NCBI GenBank assembly: GCA_032718475.1
Contig: JAUCBJ010008594.1
Coordinates: 77,249 to 141,248, forward strand
From: Nemertoderma westbladi
Taxonomy: Eukaryota > Animalia > Xenacoelomorpha
Direction of reading: 5' to 3'
Length of the DNA: 64,000 bases
The notes below the pieces were generated by a model. That model ran no database searches. It was not told the origin of the DNA and saw only the letters and a list, made by a program, of their open reading frames with translations. Both the position numbers and the translations under genes were made by a program. Positions 38,890-52,400 of this stretch are shown here, piece after piece. Position 1 is the stretch's first letter, and every line of letters starts with the position of its first letter.

Positions 38890-39113
38890 GAATTGACTTA
38901 CGAAAAGGTGTCTAAACTAGAATATCTCGATCGCGTTATATCTGAGACTCTCCGATTGTGTTCGCCTATTGTGCGATTTGAGAGAGTTTGCTCCGAGGAT
39001 TGCGTGGTTAACGGCGTGACGATACCCTAAGATACCGTTGTAGCGGGTTCCCTCTACGTATTACATAGAGATCCGGAAATCTGGCCTAATCCGGAGGAGT
39101 TTAATCCAGATAG
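38890..39113 (+). CDS. CYP exon 9 (in-frame TAA at 39028)
   Basis: ELTYEKVSKLEYLDRVISETLRL...GVTIP*DTVV...HRDPEIWPNPEEFNPDR; donor GTGGGT, phase 2. Confidence 0.9.
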
Positions 39114-39296
39114 GTGGGTTGTTGGACTGCATATTGTTGTTGATATATTTTACTATATATTAAACGCAGAACACACCCGCTGACACTTATGACACCTTTG
39201 TGTGAGTTGATGTATCGTAGTGCAAGTATTACTGAATTAAAGCGGGCTGACAAAAAACCTTTTTATTTCGAAAAGTTAAGCTATACCCACCACCCA

Positions 39297-39843
39297 CACC
39301 AGCATACCATCCTTTGAGCTTGTGCTCATCCGGTCAGAGACTTGCTGAGGACTTTCAAAGTTTACTGTCAAAATTTTGGTCTTTCTGGAGTTAATAAAGA
39401 GACCAACACTAGAAGCAGCATGTTCTAATGAGCCGAGGAGCCGTTCGGCTCCCTCTAGTGATTCTGAGAGCAAGTCATCAGCAAAGTCTAGATCAGTTGG
39501 TACTTGGCAGGATTTCCTCGACTTCTGGAGCCAGTAGGTGGAGTTATCATCATCCCATCATCATTATGATGATCTAAGGACATGCGTAGAACATAGTCAA
39601 CCACAATAATGAACAAGAATGGTGCAAGTGTGTCTCCTTGGAGGACGCCCCATAACACTTCAAATGGTTCTGTGTCACCGTCAACAGTAGACACAAATGT
39701 TGTCGAACCATCGTATACTGATCTGATTGATGCAATAATTTCATCAGGGATCCCATATAATGAAGATATGCTGAACATACGTGAGCGGGAGACTGAATCA
39801 AAGGCTTTGAAGAAGTCAACAAAGATAACAGCCAGATGCCTGT
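39297..39843 (-). mobile_element. Internal RTE LINE RT fragment in intron 9
   Basis: Matches 24465-24995 (GVLQGDTLAPFLF, FADD). Confidence 0.88.
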
Positions 39844-40420
39844 CCCCCCTCTGTCACAATCGATCACGAATTTTGTAACCCCCCCCCCCCCCCCCCCCCC
39901 CCCTTGAATGTCACGCCACAAAAAATACCCATTATAGTTAATAAAAAATGTTAAATGTTAAATTATTATGTTATTAACACTAAATGTTAATACTTCATTA
40001 ATTCAGCTGTACACAATGACTAAACAAGGAAGACACCACGCATAGACACTCCCATGGGAATGACGACATCTGAGTTTCGACATCGATCACCGGAAGTGCA
40101 CCAGGTATACGATCGCCTATTGTTCCATTTCCTGGGTCTAACTCTACCTCGTCCTTATCTACCCAACCCATTCAATGTGGTGTTCTTCATCTTTATCGCC
40201 ACTTAGAATTAACACTTCATCCCCTCGATTCGCGATTACTTGAATAGATTTCACTTTGGCTGTTGATGTTGGTGTTATGTATTTTATTTATTCACCAAAG
40301 TGCTTTTGTGACGTCACAAGTATAGCTACTCACCCCCTTCCCCCATGTCACAAATTGTCACAACATTGCAACCCCCCCCCCCCCCCTTCGACCGTGACAT
40401 CATTTATACACGAGCCCTTA
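39844..40420. mobile_element. Probable MITE/DNA transposon remnant
   Basis: Repeated TGTCAC/GTGACG motifs with poly-C tracts; right end reads AGGGCTCGTGTATAAATGATGTCACGG on the minus strand, next to TTA; left end appears truncated. Confidence 0.45.
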
Positions 40421-40428
40421 TTACTACT

Positions 40429-43400
40429 GCTTTGTTTGGTTAATTTTTCGTTTATGCAGGTTTCTCGCTTTGTTTGGTTAATTTTTCGTTTATACAGGTT
40501 TCTCGCTTTGTTTGGTTAATTTTTCATTTATACAGGTTTCTCGCTTTATTTTGTTAATTTTTCGTTTATACAGGTTTCTCGCTTTGTTTGGTTAATTTTT
40601 CGTTTATACAGGTTTCTCGCTTTGCTTGGTTAATTTTTCGTTTATATAGGTTTCTCGCTTTGTTTGGTTAATTTTTCGTTTATACAGGTTTCTCGCTTTG
40701 TTTTGTTAATTTTTCATTTATACAGGTTTCTCGCTTTGTTTGGTTAATTTTTCGTTTATACAGGTTTCTCGCTTTGTTTGGTTAATTTTTCGTTTATACA
40801 GGTTTCTCGCTTTGTTTTGTTAATTTTTCATTTATACAGGTTTCTCGCTTTGTTTGGTTAATTTTTCGTTTATACAGGTTTCTCGCTTTGTTTTGTTAAT
40901 TTTTCGTTTATACAGGTTTCTCGCTTTGTTTGGTAAATTTTTCGTTTATACAGGTTTCTCGCTTTGTTTTGTTAATTTTTCGTTTATACAGGTTTCTCGC
41001 TTTGTTTGGTTAATTTTTCGTTTATACAGGTTTCTCGCTTTGTTTGGTTAATTTTTCATTTATACAGGTTTCTCGCTTTATTTTGTTAATTTTTCGTTTA
41101 TACAGGTTTCTCGCTTTGTTTGGTTAATTTTTCGTTTATACAGGTTTCTCGCTTTGCTTGGTTAATTTTTCGTTTATATAGGTTTCTCGCTTTGTTTGGT
41201 TAATTTTTCGTTTATACAGGTTTCTCGCTTTGTTTTGTTAATTTTTCATTTATACAGGTTTCTCGCTTTGTTTGGTTAATTTTTCGTTTATACAGGTTTC
41301 TCGCTTTGTTTGGTTAATTTTTCGTTTATACAGGTTTCTCGCTTTGTTTTGTTAATTTTTCATTTATACAGGTTTCTCGCTTTGTTTGGTTAATTTTTCG
41401 TTTATACAGGTTTCTCGCTTTATTTGGTTAATTTTTCGTTTATGCAGGATTCTCGCTTTGTTTGGTTAATTTTTCGTTTATACAGGTTTCTCGCTTTGTT
41501 TGGTTAATTTTTCGTTTATACAGGTTTCTCGCTTTGTTTGGTAAATTTTTCGTTTATACAGGTTTCTCGCTTTGTTTTGTTAATTTTTCGTTTATACAGG
41601 TTTCTCGCTTTGTTTGGTTAATTTTGCATTTATACAGGTTTCTCACTTTGTTTGATTAATTTTTCGTTTATACAGGTTTCTCGCTTTGTTTGGTTAATTT
41701 TTCATTTATACAGGTTTCTCGCTTTGTTTGGTTAATTTTTCGTTTATACAGGGTTCTGGCTTTGTTTGGTAAATTTTTCGTTTATGCAGGATTCTCGCTT
41801 TGTTTGGTTAATTTTTCGTTTATACAGGTTTCTCGCTTTGTTTGGTTAATTTTTCATTTATACAGGTTTCTCGCTTTATTTTGTTAATTTTTCGTTTATA
41901 CAGGTTTCTCGCTTTGTTTGGTTAATTTTTCGTTTATACAGGTTTCTCGCTTTGCTTGGTTAATTTTTCGTTTATATAGGTTTCTCGCTTTGTTTGGTTA
42001 ATTTTTCGTTTATACAGGTTTCTCGCTTTGTTTTGTTAATTTTTCATTTATACAGGTTTCTCGCTTTGTTTGGTTAATTTTTCGTTTATACAGGTTTCTC
42101 GCTTTGTTTGGTTAATTTTTCGTTTATACAGGTTTCTCGCTTTGTTTTGTTAATTTTTCATTTATACAGGTTTCTCGCTTTGTTTGGTTAATTTTTCGTT
42201 TATACAGGTTTCTCGCTTTGTTTTGTTAATTTTTCGTTTATACAGGTTTCTCGCTTTGTTTGGTAAATTTTTCGTTTATACAGGTTTCTCGCTTTGTTTT
42301 GTTAATTTTTCGTTTATACAGGTTTCTCGCTTTGTTTGGTTAATTTTTCGTTTATACAGGTTTCTCGCTTTGTTTGGTTAATTTTTCGTTTATACAGGTT
42401 TCTCGCTTTGTTTGGTTAATTTTTCGTTTATACAGGTTTCTCGCTTTGTTTTGTTAATTTTTCGTTTATACAGGTTTCTCGCTTTGTTTGGTAAATTTTT
42501 CGTTTATACAGGTTTCTCGCTTTGTTTTGTTAATTTTTCGTTTATACAGGTTTCTCGCTTTGTTTGGTTAATTTTGCATTTATACAGGTTTCTCACTTTG
42601 TTTGATTAATTTTTCGTTTATACAGGTTTCTCGCTTTGTTTGGTTAATTTTTCATTTATACAGGTTTCTCGCTTTGTTTGGTTAATTTTTCGTTTATGCA
42701 GGATTCTCGCTTTGTTTGGTTAATTTTTCATTTATACAGGTTTCTCGCTTTGTTTGGTTAATTTTTCGTTTATACAGGTTTCTCGCTTTGTTTGGTAAAT
42801 TTTTCGTTTATACAGGTTTCTCGCTTTGTTTTGTTAATTTTTCGTTTATACAGGTTTCTCGCTTTGTTTGGTTAATTTTGCATTTATACAGGTTTCTCAC
42901 TTTGTTTGATTAATTTTTCGTTTATACAGGTTTCTCGCTTTGTTTGGTTAATTTTTCATTTATACAGGTTTCTCGCTTTGTTTGGTTAATTTTTCGTTTA
43001 TACAGGGTTCTGGCTTTGTTTGGGAAATTTTTCGTTTATGCAGGATTCTCGCTTTGTTTGGTTAATTTTTCGTTTATACAGGTTTCTCGCTTTGTTTGGT
43101 TAATTTTTCATTTATACAGGTTTCTCGCTTTATTTTGTTAATTTTTCGTTTATACAGGTTTCTCGCTTTGTTTGGTTAATTTTTCGTTTATACAGGTTTC
43201 TCGCTTTGCTTGGTTAATTTTTCGTTTATATAGGTTTCTCGCTTTGTTTGGTTAATTTTTCGTTTATACAGGTTTCTCGCTTTGTTTTGTTAATTTTTCA
43301 TTTATACAGGTTTCTCGCTTTGTTTGGTTAATTTTTCGTTTATACAGGTTTCTCGCTTTGTTTGGTTAATTTTTCGTTTATACAGGTTTCTCGCTTTGTT

Positions 43401-46400
43401 TTGTTAATTTTTCATTTATACAGGTTTCTCGCTTTGTTTGGTTAATTTTTCGTTTATACAGGTTTCTCGCTTTGTTTTGTTAATTTTTCGTTTATACAGG
43501 TTTCTCGCTTTGTTTGGTAAATTTTTCGTTTATACAGGTTTCTCGCTTTGTTTTGTTAATTTTTCGTTTATACAGGTTTCTCGCTTTGTTTGGTTAATTT
43601 TTCGTTTATACAGGTTTCTCGCTTTGTTTGGTTAATTTTTCGTTTATACAGGTTTCTCGCTTTGTTTGGTTAATTTTTCGTTTATACAGGTTTCTCGCTT
43701 TGTTTTGTTAATTTTTCGTTTATACAGGTTTCTCGCTTTGTTTGGTAAATTTTTCGTTTATACAGGTTTCTCGCTTTGTTTTGTTAATTTTTCGTTTATA
43801 CAGGTTTCTCGCTTTGTTTGGTTAATTTTGCATTTATACAGGTTTCTCACTTTGTTTGATTAATTTTTCGTTTATACAGGTTTCTCGCTTTGTTTGGTTA
43901 ATTTTTCATTTATACAGGTTTCTCGCTTTGTTTGGTTAATTTTTCGTTTATGCAGGATTCTCGCTTTGTTTGGTTAATTTTTCATTTATACAGGTTTCTC
44001 GCTTTGTTTGGTTAATTTTTCGTTTATGCAGGTTTCTCGCTTTGTTTGGTTAATTTTTCGTTTATACAGGTTTCTCGCTTTGTTTGGTTAATTTTTCGTT
44101 TATACAGGTTTCTCGCTTTGTTTGGTTAATTTTTCATTTATACAGGTTTCTCGCTTTATTTTGTTAATTTTTCGTTTATACAGGTTTCTCGCTTTGTTTG
44201 GTTAATTTTTCGTTTATACAGGTTTCTCGCTTTGCTTGGTTAATTTTTCGTTTATATAGGTTTCTCGCTTTGTTTGGTTAATTTTTCGTTTATACAGGTT
44301 TCTCGCTTTGTTTTGTTAATTTTTCATTTATACAGGTTTCTCGCTTTGTTTGGTTAATTTTTCGTTTATACAGGTTTCTCGCTTTGTTTGGTTAATTTTT
44401 CGTTTATACAGGTTTCTCGCTTTGTTTTGTTAATTTTTCATTTATACAGGTTTCTCGCTTTGTTTGGTTAATTTTTCGTTTATACAGGTTTCTCGCTTTA
44501 TTTGGTTAATTTTTCGTTTATGCAGGATTCTCGCTTTGTTTGGTTAATTTTTCGTTTATACAGGTTTCTCGCTTTGTTTGGTTAATTTTTCGTTTATACA
44601 GGTTTCTCGCTTTGTTTGGTAAATTTTTCGTTTATACAGGTTTCTCGCTTTGTTTTGTTAATTTTTCGTTTATACAGGTTTCTCGCTTTGTTTGGTTAAT
44701 TTTGCATTTATACAGGTTTCTCACTTTGTTTGATTAATTTTTCGTTTATACAGGTTTCTCGCTTTGTTTGGTTAATTTTTCATTTATACAGGTTTCTCGC
44801 TTTGTTTGGTTAATTTTTCGTTTATACAGGGTTCTGGCTTTGTTTGGTAAATTTTTCGTTTATGCAGGATTCTCGCTTTGTTTGGTTAATTTTTCGTTTA
44901 TACAGGTTTCTCGCTTTGTTTGGTTAATTTTTCATTTATACAGGTTTCTCGCTTTATTTTGTTAATTTTTCGTTTATACAGGTTTCTCGCTTTGTTTGGT
45001 TAATTTTTCGTTTATACAGGTTTCTCGCTTTGCTTGGTTAATTTTTCGTTTATATAGGTTTCTCGCTTTGTTTGGTTAATTTTTCGTTTATACAGGTTTC
45101 TCGCTTTGTTTTGTTAATTTTTCATTTATACAGGTTTCTCGCTTTGTTTGGTTAATTTTTCGTTTATACAGGTTTCTCGCTTTGTTTGGTTAATTTTTCG
45201 TTTATACAGGTTTCTCGCTTTGTTTTGTTAATTTTTCATTTATACAGGTTTCTCGCTTTGTTTGGTTAATTTTTCGTTTATACAGGTTTCTCGCTTTGTT
45301 TTGTTAATTTTTCGTTTATACAGGTTTCTCGCTTTGTTTGGTAAATTTTTCGTTTATACAGGTTTCTCGCTTTGTTTTGTTAATTTTTCGTTTATACAGG
45401 TTTCTCGCTTTGTTTGGTTAATTTTTCGTTTATACAGGTTTCTCGCTTTGTTTGGTTAATTTTTCGTTTATACAGGTTTCTCGCTTTGTTTGGTTAATTT
45501 TTCGTTTATACAGGTTTCTCGCTTTGTTTTGTTAATTTTTCGTTTATACAGGTTTCTCGCTTTGTTTGGTAAATTTTTCGTTTATACAGGTTTCTCGCTT
45601 TGTTTTGTTAATTTTTCGTTTATACAGGTTTCTCGCTTTGTTTGGTTAATTTTGCATTTATACAGGTTTCTCACTTTGTTTGATTAATTTTTCGTTTATA
45701 CAGGTTTCTCGCTTTGTTTGGTTAATTTTTCATTTATACAGGTTTCTCGCTTTGTTTGGTTAATTTTTCGTTTATGCAGGATTCTCGCTTTGTTTGGTTA
45801 ATTTTTCATTTATACAGGTTTCTCGCTTTGTTTGGTTAATTTTTCGTTTATACAGGTTTCTCGCTTTGTTTGGTAAATTTTTCGTTTATACAGGTTTCTC
45901 GCTTTGTTTTGTTAATTTTTCGTTTATACAGGTTTCTCGCTTTGTTTGGTTAATTTTGCATTTATACAGGTTTCTCACTTTGTTTGATTAATTTTTCGTT
46001 TATACAGGTTTCTCGCTTTGTTTGGTTAATTTTTCATTTATACAGGTTTCTCGCTTTGTTTGGTTAATTTTTCGTTTATACAGGGTTCTGGCTTTGTTTG
46101 GGAAATTTTTCGTTTATGCAGGATTCTCGCTTTGTTTGGTTAATTTTTCGTTTATACAGGTTTCTCGCTTTGTTTGGTTAATTTTTCATTTATACAGGTT
46201 TCTCGCTTTATTTTGTTAATTTTTCGTTTATACAGGTTTCTCGCTTTGTTTGGTTAATTTTTCGTTTATACAGGTTTCTCGCTTTGCTTGGTTAATTTTT
46301 CGTTTATATAGGTTTCTCGCTTTGTTTGGTTAATTTTTCGTTTATACAGGTTTCTCGCTTTGTTTTGTTAATTTTTCATTTATACAGGTTTCTCGCTTTG

Positions 46401-49400
46401 TTTGGTTAATTTTTCGTTTATACAGGTTTCTCGCTTTGTTTGGTTAATTTTTCGTTTATACAGGTTTCTCGCTTTGTTTTGTTAATTTTTCATTTATACA
46501 GGTTTCTCGCTTTGTTTGGTTAATTTTTCGTTTATACAGGTTTCTCGCTTTGTTTTGTTAATTTTTCGTTTATACAGGTTTCTCGCTTTGTTTGGTAAAT
46601 TTTTCGTTTATACAGGTTTCTCGCTTTGTTTTGTTAATTTTTCGTTTATACAGGTTTCTCGCTTTGTTTGGTTAATTTTTCGTTTATACAGGTTTCTCGC
46701 TTTGTTTGGTTAATTTTTCGTTTATACAGGTTTCTCGCTTTGTTTGGTTAATTTTTCGTTTATACAGGTTTCTCGCTTTGTTTTGTTAATTTTTCGTTTA
46801 TACAGGTTTCTCGCTTTGTTTGGTAAATTTTTCGTTTATACAGGTTTCTCGCTTTGTTTTGTTAATTTTTCGTTTATACAGGTTTCTCGCTTTGTTTGGT
46901 TAATTTTGCATTTATACAGGTTTCTCACTTTGTTTGATTAATTTTTCGTTTATACAGGTTTCTCGCTTTGTTTGGTTAATTTTTCATTTATACAGGTTTC
47001 TCGCTTTGTTTGGTTAATTTTTCGTTTATGCAGGATTCTCGCTTTGTTTGGTTAATTTTTCATTTATACAGGTTTCTCGCTTTGTTTGGTTAATTTTTCG
47101 TTTATGCAGGATTCTCGCTTTGTTTGGTTAATTTTTCGTTTATACAGGTTTCTCGCTTTGTTTGGTTAATTTTTCGTTTATACAGGTTTCTCGCTTTGTT
47201 TGGTAAATTTTTCGTTTATACAGGTTTTTCGCTTTGTTTTGTTAATTTTTCGTTTATACAGGTTTCTCGCTTTGTTTGGTTAATTTTGCATTTATACAGG
47301 TTTCTCACTTTGTTTGATTAATTTTTCGTTTATACAGGTTTCTCGCTTTGTTTGGTTAATTTTTCATTTATACAGGTTTCTCGCTTTGTTTGGTTAATTT
47401 TTCGTTTATACAGGGTTCTGGCTTTGTTTGGTAAATTTTTCGTTTATGCAGGATTCTCGCTTTGTTTGGTTAATTTTTCGTTTATACAGGTTTCTCGCTT
47501 TGTTTGGTTAATTTTTCGTTTATACAGGTTTCTCGCTTTGTTTGGTTAATTTTTCGTTTATGCAGGATTCTCGCTTTGTTTGGTTAATTTTTCATTTATA
47601 CAGGTTTCTCGCTTTGTTTGGTTAATTTTTCGTTTATACAGGGTTCTGGCTTTGTTTGGTTAATTTTTCGTTTATGCAGGATTCTCGCTTTGTTTGGTTA
47701 ATTTTTCGTTTATACAGGGTTCTCGCTTTGTTTGGTTAATTTTTCATTTATACAGGTTTCTCGCTTTGTTTGGTTAATTTTACGTTTATACAGGGTTCTG
47801 GCTTTGTTTGGTTAATTTTTCGTTTATGCAGGATTCTGGCTTTGTTTGGTTAATTTTTCGTTTATGCAGGATTCTCGCTTTGTTTGGTTAATTTTTCATT
47901 TATACAGGTTTCTCGCTTTGTTTGGTTAATTTTTCGTTTATACAGGTTTCTCGCTTTATTTCGTTAATTTTTCGTTTATACAGGTTTCTCGCTTTGTTTG
48001 GTTAATTTTGCATTTATACAGGTTTCTCACTTTGTTTGATTAATTTTTCGTTTATACAGGTTTCTCGCTTTGTTTGGTTAATTTTTCATTTATACAGGTT
48101 TCTCGCTTTGTTTGGTTAATTTTTCGTTTATACAGGGTTCTGGCTTTGTTTGGTAAATTTTTCGTTTATGCAGGATTCTCGCTTTGTTTGGTTAATTTTT
48201 CGTTTATACAGGTTTCTCGCTTTGTTTGGTTAATTTTTCATTTATACAGGTTTCTCGCTTTATTTTGTTAATTTTTCGTTTATACAGGTTTCTCGCTTTG
48301 TTTGGTTAATTTTTCGTTTATACAGGTTTCTCGCTTTGCTTGGTTAATTTTTCGTTTATATAGGTTTCTCGCTTTGTTTGGTTAATTTTTCGTTTATACA
48401 GGTTTCTCGCTTTGTTTTGTTAATTTTTCATTTATACAGGTTTCTCGCTTTGTTTGGTTAATTTTTCGTTTATACAGGTTTCTCGCTTTGTTTGGTTAAT
48501 TTTTCGTTTATACAGGTTTCTCGCTTTGTTTTGTTAATTTTTCATTTATACAGGTTTCTCGCTTTGTTTGGTTAATTTTTCGTTTATACAGGTTTCTCGC
48601 TTTGTTTTGTTAATTTTTCGTTTATACAGGTTTCTCGCTTTGTTTGGTAAATTTTTCGTTTATACAGGTTTCTCGCTTTGTTTTGTTAATTTTTCGTTTA
48701 TACAGGTTTCTCGCTTTGTTTGGTTAATTTTTCGTTTATACAGGTTTCTCGCTTTGTTTGGTTAATTTTTCGTTTATACAGGTTTCTCGCTTTGTTTGGT
48801 TAATTTTTCGTTTATACAGGTTTCTCGCTTTGTTTTGTTAATTTTTCGTTTATACAGGTTTCTCGCTTTGTTTGGTAAATTTTTCGTTTATACAGGTTTC
48901 TCGCTTTGTTTTGTTAATTTTTCGTTTATACAGGTTTCTCGCTTTGTTTGGTTAATTTTGCATTTATACAGGTTTCTCACTTTGTTTGATTAATTTTTCG
49001 TTTATACAGGTTTCTCGCTTTGTTTGGTTAATTTTTCATTTATACAGGTTTCTCGCTTTGTTTGGTTAATTTTTCGTTTATGCAGGATTCTCGCTTTGTT
49101 TGGTTAATTTTTCATTTATACAGGTTTCTCGCTTTGTTTGGTTAATTTTTCGTTTATACAGGTTTCTCGCTTTGTTTGGTAAATTTTTCGTTTATACAGG
49201 TTTCTCGCTTTGTTTTGTTAATTTTTCGTTTATACAGGTTTCTCGCTTTGTTTGGTTAATTTTGCATTTATACAGGTTTCTCACTTTGTTTGATTAATTT
49301 TTCGTTTATACAGGTTTCTCGCTTTGTTTGGTTAATTTTTCATTTATACAGGTTTCTCGCTTTGTTTGGTTAATTTTTCGTTTATACAGGGTTCTGGCTT

Positions 49401-52400
49401 TGTTTGGGAAATTTTTCGTTTATGCAGGATTCTCGCTTTGTTTGGTTAATTTTTCGTTTATACAGGTTTCTCGCTTTGTTTGGTTAATTTTTCATTTATA
49501 CAGGTTTCTCGCTTTATTTTGTTAATTTTTCGTTTATACAGGTTTCTCGCTTTGTTTGGTTAATTTTTCGTTTATACAGGTTTCTCGCTTTGCTTGGTTA
49601 ATTTTTCGTTTATATAGGTTTCTCGCTTTGTTTGGTTAATTTTTCGTTTATACAGGTTTCTCGCTTTGTTTTGTTAATTTTTCATTTATACAGGTTTCTC
49701 GCTTTGTTTGGTTAATTTTTCGTTTATACAGGTTTCTCGCTTTGTTTGGTTAATTTTTCGTTTATACAGGTTTCTCGCTTTGTTTTGTTAATTTTTCATT
49801 TATACAGGTTTCTCGCTTTGTTTGGTTAATTTTTCGTTTATACAGGTTTCTCGCTTTGTTTTGTTAATTTTTCGTTTATACAGGTTTCTCGCTTTGTTTG
49901 GTAAATTTTTCGTTTATACAGGTTTCTCGCTTTGTTTTGTTAATTTTTCGTTTATACAGGTTTCTCGCTTTGTTTGGTTAATTTTTCGTTTATACAGGTT
50001 TCTCGCTTTGTTTGGTTAATTTTTCGTTTATACAGGTTTCTCGCTTTGTTTGGTTAATTTTTCGTTTATACAGGTTTCTCGCTTTGTTTTGTTAATTTTT
50101 CGTTTATACAGGTTTCTCGCTTTGTTTGGTAAATTTTTCGTTTATACAGGTTTCTCGCTTTGTTTTGTTAATTTTTCGTTTATACAGGTTTCTCGCTTTG
50201 TTTGGTTAATTTTGCATTTATACAGGTTTCTCACTTTGTTTGATTAATTTTTCGTTTATACAGGTTTCTCGCTTTGTTTGGTTAATTTTTCATTTATACA
50301 GGTTTCTCGCTTTGTTTGGTTAATTTTTCGTTTATGCAGGATTCTCGCTTTGTTTGGTTAATTTTTCATTTATACAGGTTTCTCGCTTTGTTTGGTTAAT
50401 TTTTCGTTTATGCAGGATTCTCGCTTTGTTTGGTTAATTTTTCGTTTATACAGGTTTCTCGCTTTGTTTGGTTAATTTTTCGTTTATACAGGTTTCTCGC
50501 TTTGTTTGGTAAATTTTTCGTTTATACAGGTTTTTCGCTTTGTTTTGTTAATTTTTCGTTTATACAGGTTTCTCGCTTTGTTTGGTTAATTTTGCATTTA
50601 TACAGGTTTCTCACTTTGTTTGATTAATTTTTCGTTTATACAGGTTTCTCGCTTTGTTTGGTTAATTTTTCATTTATACAGGTTTCTCGCTTTGTTTGGT
50701 TAATTTTTCGTTTATACAGGGTTCTGGCTTTGTTTGGTAAATTTTTCGTTTATGCAGGATTCTCGCTTTGTTTGGTTAATTTTTCGTTTATACAGGTTTC
50801 TCGCTTTGTTTGGTTAATTTTTCGTTTATACAGGTTTCTCGCTTTGTTTGGTTAATTTTTCGTTTATGCAGGATTCTCGCTTTGTTTGGTTAATTTTTCA
50901 TTTATACAGGTTTCTCGCTTTGTTTGGTTAATTTTTCGTTTATACAGGGTTCTGGCTTTGTTTGGTTAATTTTTCGTTTATGCAGGATTCTCGCTTTGTT
51001 TGGTTAATTTTTCGTTTATACAGGGTTCTCGCTTTGTTTGGTTAATTTTTCATTTATACAGGTTTCTCGCTTTGTTTGGTTAATTTTACGTTTATACAGG
51101 GTTCTGGCTTTGTTTGGTTAATTTTTCGTTTATGCAGGATTCTGGCTTTGTTTGGTTAATTTTTCGTTTATGCAGGATTCTCGCTTTGTTTGGTTAATTT
51201 TTCATTTATACAGGTTTCTCGCTTTGTTTGGTTAATTTTTCGTTTATACAGGTTTCTCGCTTTATTTCGTTAATTTTTCGTTTATACAGGGTTCTGGCTT
51301 TGTTTGGTTAATTTTTCGTTTATATAGGTTTCTCGCTTTGTTTGGTTAATTTTTCGTTTATATAGGTTTCTCGCTTTGCTTGGTTAATTTTTCGTTTATA
51401 TAGGTTTCTCGCTTTGTTTGGTTAATTTTTCGTTTATACAGGTTTCTCGCTTTGTTTTGTTAATTTTTCATTTATACAGGTTTCTCGCTTTGTTTGGTTA
51501 ATTTTTCGTTTATACAGGTTTCTCGCTTTGTTTGGTTAATTTTTCGTTTATACAGGTTTCTCGCTTTGTTTGGTTAATTTTTCGTTTATACAGGTTTCTC
51601 GCTTTGTTTTGTTAATTTTTCGTTTATACAGGTTTCTCGCTTTGTTTGGTAAATTTTTCGTTTATACAGGTTTCTCGCTTTGTTTTGTTAATTTTTCGTT
51701 TATACAGGTTTCTCGCTTTGTTTGGTTAATTTTGCATTTATACAGGTTTCTCACTTTTTTGATTAATTTTTCGTTTATACAGGTTTCTCGCTTTGTTTGG
51801 TTAATTTTTCATTTATACAGGTTTCTCGCTTTGTTTGGTAAATTTTTCGTTTATGCAGGATTCTCGCTTTGTTTGGTTAATTTTTCATTTATACAGGTTT
51901 CTCGCTTTGTTTGGTTAATTTTTCGTTTATGCAGGATTCTCGCTTTGTTTGGTTAATTTTTCGTTTATACAGGTTTCTCGCTTTGTTTGGTTAATTTTTC
52001 GTTTATACAGGTTTCTCGCTTTGTTTGGTAAATTTTTCGTTTATACAGGTTTCTCGCTTTGTTTTGTTAATTTTTCGTTTATACAGGTTTCTCGCTTTGT
52101 TTGGTTAATTTTGCATTTATACAGGTTTCTCGCTTTGTTTTGTTAATTTTTCGTTTATACAGGTTTCTCGCTTTGTTTGGTTAATTTTTCGTTTATACAG
52201 GTTTCTCGCTTTGTTTGGTTAATTTTTCGTTTATACAGGTTTCTCGCTTTGTTTGGTTAATTTTTCGTTTATACAGGTTTCTCGCTTTGTTTTGTTAATT
52301 TTTCGTTTATACAGGTTTCTCGCTTTGTTTGGTAAATTTTTCGTTTATACAGGTTTCTCGCTTTGTTTTGTTAATTTTTCGTTTATACAGGTTTCTCGCT

